From a virus (taxonomy: Duplodnaviria > Caudoviricetes): a stretch of DNA of 64,000 nt. The notes under the pieces were generated by a model. It saw nothing but the letters and a program-made list of their open reading frames with translations, was not told the origin of the DNA and ran no database searches. Position numbers and translations under genes: made by a program. This document shows, in pieces, positions 56,586 through 64,000 of the stretch (position 1 is its first letter; each line of letters starts with the position of its first letter). The stretch lies in the IMG/VR virus record IMGVR_UViG_2595698595_000001, positions 32,001-96,000 of that record; one strand, given 5' to 3'.

Positions 56586-57842
56586 ATGAAAAAATCACAA
56601 GAATTATTGAATTCGTTATATGAATCGTTGGAAAATGCTACAACCGTTTCTATATCGGGTCAACAAATACAAAATAGTGCATTGAAAGCTGAACGATCGT
56701 TTAATGCTTTTAATGAAGTGTTAGCTAAAACACTTAATGAAAGTCATGACGACGGTTTAAATGCTTGGGCTAATGAAGTTGTTACATCAACTGACGTAAA
56801 CGATAAAGTTCTTGTTAACTTTAACTCAGTAATGGAACGTTTACAAACTGAATCAGAAGATTTACAAAATGCTGTAGCAGCAAGTACTTACGATGATCTG
56901 GAATATCTTACAAATCTTGACGGAAATGGATTAGTTTCAGCTATTACTAATGGAGCTTTGAAAGATTACGGATGGGTTCCAGAATTCGAAGAACTTAATC
57001 TAATGTTAACAGAAAACAAAGGATTGAAAGGTTCTACGAATTTAAGTGAAAATACTGTAATGTATTCACCTTTCTCAATGATCTGTGAGAATAACGAAAG
57101 CGGTTTACCTGTAGTTCGTATTAAGAATAAGAATTACGCGATTGGTAAAACTGGTCGTTTGTTTGAAGCTGAAGCAAGTGCTGAAGCTGATGCTGTTAAT
57201 AACGCAATCGAAAACATTCTTTACAATGACGAAAAGGATCAATGGGAATTAGAATCTCCTGTTGGAATGATTACAATATCTCCATATGAAAAATGTATTC
57301 GTTTAAATGGTGATTCTATGTCATGTGAAGAACTTAAGGAATCGTTAAGTGATGCTGTTAAATCGGAAGATTCTGTATTGACATTACAAGATACAGAATT
57401 ATTGGATGATGTAATTCATATCGTTGATAATATCGATGATATAGCAATTCTTGATCAAGTAACGATTTTTGAAAATCTTGTAGATCGCACAAATCTTGTA
57501 ATTTACCCTAACGAATCTGGAACAGAAGTTTCAGTTATCGAAGATGGTGAAGTAAAATACGCTGATAACTTTGAAGATGTTATCGAATATGCTCATGAGG
57601 AATTCAATGCTTCTAAAGCTAAACTTAACGAAGTGTATTCTAAACAGTTGAAAGCTAAAGCTCTATTCGAATCAAAGCTTAATGAAGAAAACGAAATCGA
57701 TTCCGAAACTAAAGAGGAATTAGAAAAATCACTTCTTGAAGTAGATGAAGAATTAGCATTAGTTGACGCTGACTCTGAAGCTGCAGAAGCTCTTATTGAA
57801 GTTCGTAATACAATCGTATCTGAGCTTGGAAAACTAAACTAA
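56586..57842 (+). CDS. Acidic late protein, possible prohead core/internal head protein
   Basis: AATACATA at 56542; many LNE/LYE/LFE/LTE tripeptides like T4-type prohead protease sites. Confidence 0.5.
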   Translation: MKKSQELLNSLYESLENATTVSISGQQIQNSALKAERSFNAFNEVLAKTLNESHDDGLNAWANEVVTSTDVNDKVLVNFNSVMERLQTESEDLQNAVAASTYDDLEYLTNLDGNGLVSAITNGALKDYGWVPEFEELNLMLTENKGLKGSTNLSENTVMYSPFSMICENNESGLPVVRIKNKNYAIGKTGRLFEAEASAEADAVNNAIENILYNDEKDQWELESPVGMITISPYEKCIRLNGDSMSCEELKESLSDAVKSEDSVLTLQDTELLDDVIHIVDNIDDIAILDQVTIFENLVDRTNLVIYPNESGTEVSVIEDGEVKYADNFEDVIEYAHEEFNASKAKLNEVYSKQLKAKALFESKLNEENEIDSETKEELEKSLLEVDEELALVDADSEAAEALIEVRNTIVSELGKLN

Positions 57843-57850
57843 ACAATTTT

Positions 57851-57878
57851 GACAGACGTTTCAATTGAAACGTCTGTC
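57851..57878 (+). terminator. Perfect 28-bp palindrome
   Basis: gacagacgtttcaa|ttgaaacgtctgtc followed by tttattt. Confidence 0.75.
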
Positions 57879-57893
57879 TTTATTTATCGAAAC

Positions 57894-58316
57894 ATGACCA
57901 ACCAAAACAATATTTTAAATGAGTTGTTCAATTCTTCCGACAGGAAAATCAAAATAGCTCAGAACAAAAAGAATTTCTATGTAAATAACGATGAGTTACA
58001 TAATGAAATCGTTAAATGTAAAAAGCTTGATGAATGCTCACCTAAACTAGCAGCCATGTTCAAGAAACTAGCATATCGTGTTTCATTCATGCCAGCATTT
58101 AGATATGATAATGAAGACGATCGTAATGATTGTGTTCAACATGCTATTCTAGTAATGATGACAAATTTCAGAGACTTCGATGAAACTAGAGGTACTCAAG
58201 CCTTTTCATTCTTTACAACAACAGCTATGAACGGTTTAAGAGCTGGATGGAACGTTATCAAAAAGAATTCGAAAAACACAATTCGATTCGATATGATATT
58301 TAACGAATCTGTTTAA
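57894..58316 (+). CDS. Late-transcription sigma factor (T4 gp55-like)
   Basis: FYVNNDEL, F.RY...D.V, FDE....AFSFFT; start ATG 57894. Confidence 0.8.
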   Translation: MTNQNNILNELFNSSDRKIKIAQNKKNFYVNNDELHNEIVKCKKLDECSPKLAAMFKKLAYRVSFMPAFRYDNEDDRNDCVQHAILVMMTNFRDFDETRGTQAFSFFTTTAMNGLRAGWNVIKKNSKNTIRFDMIFNESV

Positions 58317-58326
58317 ACTTATCGAA

Positions 58327-58569
58327 ATGGAAAAACAATGGATTAAACTGACCTTTCAGAAACCATATTCTAAATGTTTCGAAAATCTGTATTTATCTGA
58401 AACTTTAGGAAATACAAAGATTTATAGAAGCTTATCAGGTGATATGATGTTGATAATGGAATCTGAAGAACTTTATGTACTTTATATTAGTGATAAACGT
58501 TCAAGTAATTACAGACCACCTAGAAAGGCTACTGGTTCTGAATTACCGATAAAGATAGAAAAACTTTAA
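58327..58569 (+). CDS. Hypothetical protein
   Basis: 80-aa ORF. Confidence 0.55.
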   Translation: MEKQWIKLTFQKPYSKCFENLYLSETLGNTKIYRSLSGDMMLIMESEELYVLYISDKRSSNYRPPRKATGSELPIKIEKL

Positions 58570-58571
58570 AA

Positions 58572-58617
58572 ACGAAACCCTTGGAAACTGAAACTTCTGA
58601 GGGTTTCGTAGTACTAT
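58572..58617 (+). promoter_or_regulatory. Hairpin-promoter repeat
   Basis: acgaaacccttggaa-actgaaac-ttctgagggtttcgt-agtactat. Confidence 0.85.
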
Positions 58618-58663
58618 ACATTTATAAATAAATGGATTCCGTTACAAAGTAACGTATATAAAT

Positions 58664-59470
58664 ATGAAAACTATAAGTCAATTATACGAAGGTGTATCAA
58701 ATGAATTAGTATTTAATTTTGATCAAGACTCAGAATCTGATATCATATTATTGAATACTGGTTTGAAGAAATCTGATATGTTTGATTCAGTATTTCATTT
58801 TTCTTACGAATTTACAGATAAAGCTAGTTCATCTGACAGAACTAAGTTCTTTAACGAATTTAGATTTGGTGCTAATATAAGTAAAACTGACAGTAATAGA
58901 TTTATTTCTACAGCTATATCAAGATTAGATAAAGAAATAGATTTAAGGAAATTCGACGCTATAGTTTTACCTAGATCAAGGTCTGAAATCAATTCAAGAA
59001 TGCTAAAATTCATTACTAGAACATCAAGAATTAAACCTTTCAGTTTTGAACTAGTCAAAAAACAAACATCTGACATTAATTTCGACATAGATCGATTTAC
59101 TGACGAAGTATTGAATTCGACTGTTATGATGGGTTCGAAAGAAAGACCTAGATATACCGATAAACAAAAATCTGAAGCTTTACAAAAAATGAAAAACATT
59201 ATAGATTCTGTTAGAAAGTCTGATTATTTCAGTATAGCTGAATCTATCAAAACTAATAAACTAAAAGAATATGTTGAGGAATTCTTAGAATTTGAAAACG
59301 AAGAATCTAAAAATACTTACGAAAAATTAAAAGATAAGAACATTCTAGTAATCGATGATGTTACGACAACAGGTTCTACGATAATCGAAATAATCAAAAC
59401 TTTACAAGCTGTAAACAGATCAAATAAGATAGTTATCTTTTCGTTAATAGGTAAACCAAATCTTATGTAA
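58664..59470 (+). CDS. Type I phosphoribosyltransferase-domain protein
   Basis: PRPP-binding loop NILVIDDVTTTGST; IVLPRSRS. Confidence 0.85.
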   Translation: MKTISQLYEGVSNELVFNFDQDSESDIILLNTGLKKSDMFDSVFHFSYEFTDKASSSDRTKFFNEFRFGANISKTDSNRFISTAISRLDKEIDLRKFDAIVLPRSRSEINSRMLKFITRTSRIKPFSFELVKKQTSDINFDIDRFTDEVLNSTVMMGSKERPRYTDKQKSEALQKMKNIIDSVRKSDYFSIAESIKTNKLKEYVEEFLEFENEESKNTYEKLKDKNILVIDDVTTTGSTIIEIIKTLQAVNRSNKIVIFSLIGKPNLM

Positions 59471-59476
59471 AAATAA

Positions 59477-59519
59477 AAACCCTCGGAAACTGAAACTTTC
59501 GAGGGTTTCGTAGTATAAT
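59477..59519 (+). promoter_or_regulatory. Hairpin-promoter repeat
   Basis: aaaccctcggaa-actgaaac-tttcgagggtttcg-tagtataat, identical to copy at 3768-3810. Confidence 0.85.
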
Positions 59520-59594
59520 TACTTTATATAAATAAAGTAATTCGATTCGTTTAGAATCTATATACTTATTAATAAATCTTTAAATTATACTTAT

Positions 59595-60020
59595 ATGTCA
59601 ACTTTAAAACAACTTTCGAACCCACTTAAATTAAAAGGTAAATCTCACAAAGCGATTTACGATATCAATTACCAAATCAATAAAGGAATCGTAACACCTA
59701 ATAATCTTTCTGATATTACAGAAGATACTAAAGAAATCAATTTCAGATCAGGTGCTGACGATGTAAGAAATGCTACAGTTTTCGAAAATGATAGAATCGT
59801 TAGTTCTTGTGATGTAGGGCGTGGTTTATATCTTACTGAAGATGGAATAGCTTATCTTGTTTCACCTTACTGGGTTTGGGATTCACTTTTACGTGATAGT
59901 ATCAGAAATCATAACTTATCAAGAACTGAAATCCTTGAAATGGTTGAAGCTAATTGTTCAGCTAAAGGTACAATTTCTGGTAAAGTTATTACAATTACTC
60001 ACATCAATACTTCAAACTAA
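59595..60020 (+). CDS. Hypothetical protein
   Basis: First ORF after promoter. Confidence 0.7.
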   Translation: MSTLKQLSNPLKLKGKSHKAIYDINYQINKGIVTPNNLSDITEDTKEINFRSGADDVRNATVFENDRIVSSCDVGRGLYLTEDGIAYLVSPYWVWDSLLRDSIRNHNLSRTEILEMVEANCSAKGTISGKVITITHINTSN

Positions 60021-60538
60021 TGAAAACTTTATATAGCACACTCTTAGATGTTCTTTCAGAAACAAAAATGTTCGAACATGCTATGGACCGAAAATTCGTA
60101 CTGAACAGAATATTTAACAATAGTCAAAATCTAGTTAATCATTTATTGAAAACTATATTTTTTCCAAACGATTATTCTGTAAATCATTGGGAAGATGAAG
60201 TAGTAAATGTCATTGAAAAACATGTGATTGGTTTAGTTAAATCAAAGGTATCTGCTAAACAGTACTACGAATTTTTGATAGCGAAACAATATTCAAAAGG
60301 TAAAAACTTATCGATTGATGAGATTTATCGATTATTTAGAGTACATTTAAAAACTGAATATACTGAACAGTATATGAAAGATTTCGATTCACTTAAATCG
60401 GAATATTCTAGTATCATTTTGGAGAATCTTAAAAACTTCTTTACAGAATTATCAGAACTGTTAGAAACTAAAAACACAAAAATAACAGAATCTGAACTTG
60501 TTAACTTAACTAAGGCGTTCAATTCGATCAAGGAATAA
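60020..60538 (+). CDS. DUF29-like protein
   Basis: LVNHLLK...HWEDEV. Confidence 0.5.
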   Translation: MKTLYSTLLDVLSETKMFEHAMDRKFVLNRIFNNSQNLVNHLLKTIFFPNDYSVNHWEDEVVNVIEKHVIGLVKSKVSAKQYYEFLIAKQYSKGKNLSIDEIYRLFRVHLKTEYTEQYMKDFDSLKSEYSSIILENLKNFFTELSELLETKNTKITESELVNLTKAFNSIKE

Positions 60539-60543
60539 TATTT

Positions 60544-61101
60544 ATGAAAACATTGACATTATCCGACTTCTTGAAAGAAAATCATTTCGATTTAGAAGTA
60601 CATAATCCGATTCATATCACTCCATATAATCTTCTTAGAAAGAATACGAAACTAGATTTCGATGTAATAGTTTTCGGTGTACCTTTACAACGTACAGTAG
60701 TTTGGAAAGAATATCAAAAACAAGAATTGATTCTAACGCTACTGAAAGGTCAGGAAATTCCTGAAATCTATGCTATTTGTCAATGCCATTACGATAAATC
60801 AGATAAAGTATATCAGATAATTGACGGTAAGCAAAGACTTACAACTATTCTAGATTTCATGGAAAATAAGTTTCCGATTCAATTCGGTAACGATTTGTTC
60901 ATGTACGATCATTTGGATGAACATTTACAGAGACGTATTTGGAATTGTTCTTTAAGAATGTCAATTGTCTATGAATATCCTGATACTATCGTTTCAGATA
61001 TTGACAAAATCAAATGGTTCAATCTTCTTAATTTCTCAGGTACTTTACAAAGTCATCAACATGAGAAAATGCTAAAAACGTTAATTAACGAAAATCAGTA
61101 A
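60544..61101 (+). CDS. Stand-alone DUF262 (ParB/Srx-fold, GmrS-like) protein 1
   Basis: LQR.VVW...K..LI..LL.G..IP, IIDGKQRLTTI, F..LN.SG. Confidence 0.85.
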   Translation: MKTLTLSDFLKENHFDLEVHNPIHITPYNLLRKNTKLDFDVIVFGVPLQRTVVWKEYQKQELILTLLKGQEIPEIYAICQCHYDKSDKVYQIIDGKQRLTTILDFMENKFPIQFGNDLFMYDHLDEHLQRRIWNCSLRMSIVYEYPDTIVSDIDKIKWFNLLNFSGTLQSHQHEKMLKTLINENQ

Positions 61102-61103
61102 AT

Positions 61104-61736
61104 ATGAAACTAGATCATAAAATATTCGATATTTTACATACGATAAACCTACCTATCAGAAAAGGTCTTTCTTATACCCCGAAAGACTTAATGGATGAAG
61201 ATTACTATGAAATCGATTTCGATGTAAAGTTATCAGATGGTTACAATTTACAAAGACCATTGGTTTGGAGCTATGTTCAAAAATCTGAATTGATACTTTC
61301 GATTCTGAAAGGTATTCAGTTACCTAATCTTTCAGTAATCATGAGTGAAACTGAAGAATATGTAACTAAAGTCTCCAACAAAAAGCTATTGAAAGTAATT
61401 GACGGTAAACAAAGACTTTCTACAATATTCGAATTTATTAGAGGTGAGTTTAATATCTATATTCCTGAATTGGAGGAAGCGTTACCTTCATTTAGTTTTC
61501 GAGAACTTGATGAAAAACTTCAAAGACGTATTCTTAACGCTCATCTAAGATTAGATATAGTTTACGAACATCCAGCTGATCCTGAATCAATAGTGTCAGA
61601 TATCGAATTAATCAAATGGTTTAGACTTATTAACTTCTCTGGAACTGAACAGGAAGCTGCTCATAACTTCCATCTTAATCGTAGACTATCTACACTAGTT
61701 TACGAAAGGAATCAACAAACAACTCATAAACGTTAA
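61104..61736 (+). CDS. Stand-alone DUF262 protein 2
   Basis: LQRPLVW...KSELILSIL.G..LP, VIDGKQRLSTI, F.LINFSG. Confidence 0.85.
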   Translation: MKLDHKIFDILHTINLPIRKGLSYTPKDLMDEDYYEIDFDVKLSDGYNLQRPLVWSYVQKSELILSILKGIQLPNLSVIMSETEEYVTKVSNKKLLKVIDGKQRLSTIFEFIRGEFNIYIPELEEALPSFSFRELDEKLQRRILNAHLRLDIVYEHPADPESIVSDIELIKWFRLINFSGTEQEAAHNFHLNRRLSTLVYERNQQTTHKR

Positions 61737-61739
61737 ATT

Positions 61740-62795
61740 ATGGAAAACAAAGGATTCTTAAAACTAAAGAAACGCATACCGTTTAAACCTCAAACTGTTG
61801 ACAAATATGGTGATTTCGATTTGAAGGAAACGGAACAATCGATAAAACAAGTTTCGTTACTTGGTCTAAATTCTGATACTTCAGTAGTTTATTTTTCTGA
61901 CGAAATCGACAGGAACTTATCAAATACTAATATTGGAATGTATAATCATGTACGAAATACATTAATAGTTAATAATTCTAATACAGTATATTTCATATCT
62001 TCTAAAATGGAAAACAGTTACGAATTTTTCCGGAATACTGATTTAACTGAAGATATTCTTATGAATGTTTCATACGCTATTGGTACAATTAAAGATTCCA
62101 AAATCTTCATAACTCATGTTAAAGAAAGAATCAAACGAAATCAGAATTTGAAAATAGTAGCTGGTGGTTGTTATTATCTATCGAATAAAGAAAGTACTAA
62201 CATATTGCTTTACAAAACTGGACATCATTGGGATCAAGAAAGATTAGTAGACCCTGTAACAAAATACGAATGGCGAAAGGACGGTAGAAATACTATTCCT
62301 GGAAATCAATTGTACGATTTAGCTGATTATCATGAAAAGTTCAATGAAAATTACGAATGGATTATGATAATGTGTGCAGCTGCTTATTATATTCATGGAT
62401 GGTGTTTCAGAAATATATTCACAGAATACGATTGGGTTACTAAAAATCGTAAACATATTTATTATGGTGAACATGGTCAATACGAACCGCGTGAAAAAGA
62501 AACTGTTAAGTATCATGAGATTCTATCATGGTCTACAAAAAGTAAACAAGATATAGTTTCAGAACTTCGTTTAAGATGTCAAGAAATATTTGTTAAGAAG
62601 CATGCTAAATGGAAAGCTAAACCTTATACAGAAGCAGGTGGTGAATGTGGAATATATTCGATTCAAGAACCAACTAATCCAGCAAAATCTTGGAAGATTT
62701 TAGAAATCGGTCTGAAATACGATGTGAACTACGTAAAACCTGAAAAGGTTAAAACAGAACATGACGTAAGTAATATAGAAATGTTTAAAGTTTAA
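61740..62795 (+). CDS. Hypothetical protein
   Basis: 351-aa ORF co-transcribed with DUF262 pair. Confidence 0.7.
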   Translation: MENKGFLKLKKRIPFKPQTVDKYGDFDLKETEQSIKQVSLLGLNSDTSVVYFSDEIDRNLSNTNIGMYNHVRNTLIVNNSNTVYFISSKMENSYEFFRNTDLTEDILMNVSYAIGTIKDSKIFITHVKERIKRNQNLKIVAGGCYYLSNKESTNILLYKTGHHWDQERLVDPVTKYEWRKDGRNTIPGNQLYDLADYHEKFNENYEWIMIMCAAAYYIHGWCFRNIFTEYDWVTKNRKHIYYGEHGQYEPREKETVKYHEILSWSTKSKQDIVSELRLRCQEIFVKKHAKWKAKPYTEAGGECGIYSIQEPTNPAKSWKILEIGLKYDVNYVKPEKVKTEHDVSNIEMFKV

Positions 62796-62798
62796 TAC

Positions 62799-62833
62799 AG
62801 TAACTGAAACTTTTGACATAATCGTAGTACTAT
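62799..62833 (+). promoter_or_regulatory. Hairpin-less promoter repeat
   Basis: Identical to 6931-6965. Confidence 0.85.
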
Positions 62834-62861
62834 TCTTTTAATACAAAAAATACTTTCAATT

Positions 62862-63146
62862 ATGACAAACTTATTCAGTCTTACAGAAAAAGAAATTCAG
62901 TTCTTAGAAGCTTTCACTCAATCAGACTTCTTCGAAGAAGGGATCGATTCAGTAGTATGGGATTATTCAGTACATGATAATCTTCCATATTCTGGAAAAA
63001 CTCGTTCGGGTGTAATTTCATCACTTTCCCAGAAAAACGTATTAGTTGTTTCACTCAAAGAAAAAGGTGAAATTGCTGGAACTTATCACTTAACTAAAGA
63101 AGCAAAAACTTGCGAATTAATCCAATCGATATGCAACAGAAACTAA
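62862..63146 (+). CDS. Small protein, possible winged helix
   Basis: LTEKEIQFL...SGVISSLSQK..L......YHLT. Confidence 0.6.
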   Translation: MTNLFSLTEKEIQFLEAFTQSDFFEEGIDSVVWDYSVHDNLPYSGKTRSGVISSLSQKNVLVVSLKEKGEIAGTYHLTKEAKTCELIQSICNRN

Positions 63147-63763
63147 ATGAACTTTTAAAGTCTTCTGAACATATTGTTCAGAAGACTTTCGATATAGAAT
63201 TGAAACATAGATTACGTTTCGATAAAAATGGTGACGTAACTATCAGATTCTATACAGAACTAAAGGATCGTAAACATCATCAATATTCTTCACCTAGATT
63301 ACTTGACGATAGTAAGCATTTAGAAATTTCGAAACATTTAGAAAGTTTCGCAAAGGGTGTGAATCTTTATAAAGATTCTGTTACTAAGTTCTTAAAATCT
63401 GAAGAAATCGGATGGAATCCTTTCAAGGAAGATAAAACTTCAAAGTCTGGGAAAGCTTTGAACATGAAAGTAAATATCTATGAACTTGGTACAATGGTAG
63501 ATATTACTTGGTGCAAAGTTTTCAAGTATAAAGATGAACTTAACGAAGCTCAAAGATTGATACGAGATAAGATGGAAGAAATGAAAGTAGGTACTTCGTA
63601 CGTTTCACGTCTAACCGGATTATCTGAACGCTTTATCAAATCTCAATTAGATGGTACTGATAAAAAATTATCTATAGATGATGCTATCAAGTTTTCATCT
63701 ATTCTAAGAATTAACGTTGAACATCTTTTATCAGCTCAAAATGTCAAAATTACTGCATCCTAA
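63131..63763 (+). CDS. Protein with C-terminal XRE-type HTH
   Basis: VSRLTGLSERFIKSQLDG...LSIDDAIKFSSIL.I.VE.LL; start ATG near 63131. Confidence 0.7.
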   Translation: MQQKLNELLKSSEHIVQKTFDIELKHRLRFDKNGDVTIRFYTELKDRKHHQYSSPRLLDDSKHLEISKHLESFAKGVNLYKDSVTKFLKSEEIGWNPFKEDKTSKSGKALNMKVNIYELGTMVDITWCKVFKYKDELNEAQRLIRDKMEEMKVGTSYVSRLTGLSERFIKSQLDGTDKKLSIDDAIKFSSILRINVEHLLSAQNVKITAS

Positions 63764-63959
63764 AATAGTTAAGAGTATCGAATCTTGTGAAACTTACGAT
63801 CAGCTTACTAACTGTATTAACTTTACTAATTGTATCGATCCTGAATTATATTCGATACTATTAACTATGATTTCGAATAAATCTAGAGAGTTACGACTTA
63901 GAGATTTAGATGAACATGTTTCAGAAATGAAACGTATAAACAAGAAACTAAATGACTAG
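63741..63959 (+). CDS. Hypothetical protein
   Basis: Overlapping-start ORF, IESCETYDQL. Confidence 0.55.
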   Translation: MSKLLHPKIVKSIESCETYDQLTNCINFTNCIDPELYSILLTMISNKSRELRLRDLDEHVSEMKRINKKLND

Positions 63960-64000
63960 ATACGCTATAGGTGATCCACATGGTAGATATGACGCTTTAG
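63952..64000 (+). CDS. Metallophosphoesterase (calcineurin-like), N-terminus truncated by window end
   Basis: MTRYAIGDPHGRYDAL, GDxHG motif. Confidence 0.7.
   Translation, partial: MTRYAIGDPHGRYDAL

Noticed and set aside
57849-57893. TTG-start extension of sigma factor
   Set aside because: Runs through the palindromic terminator; ATG 57894 fits better
1456-62556. Other short minus-strand and nested alternative-frame ORFs in the track
   Set aside because: All lie inside better supported genes and show no recognisable motifs
1-64000. Stop-codon reassignment as in Lak or some crAss-like phages
   Set aside because: Conserved genes are full length in the standard code; TAG ends terL, sheath and clamp loader at expected positions

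Overview
AT-rich, densely coded window of a large T4-like myovirus (probably a jumbo phage) read in the standard code, with all credible genes on + except terminase. It holds replication genes (end of a type II topoisomerase subunit, AEP-primase/SF2-helicase fusion, clamp loader, probable sliding clamp, 5'-3' exonuclease, dNMP kinase, dimeric dUTPase, a family B polymerase split into two genes), a gp55-like late sigma factor, and packaging/tail genes (TerL, neck, sheath, tube, chaperones, tape measure, fibre-like proteins, holin-like protein, a 1857-aa three-module BspA/DUF285 protein). Accessory small-ORF regions lie at both ends. Two promoter grammars can be read directly: AAC-N14-TAGTAnwAT, often embedded in a repeated hairpin, and TATACATA before structural genes. 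Best leads: hairpin/promoter cassettes with covarying stems, a structured +1/-2 overlap between the tail chaperone ORFs, an ORF-less late transcription unit next to terL, the split PolB, and a PRTase/DUF29/tandem DUF262 cluster. Host is inferred (not shown) to be Bacteroidota. No tRNA, rRNA, CRISPR array, portal or major capsid gene was recognised. All family assignments are from motif recognition by eye, not database searches.
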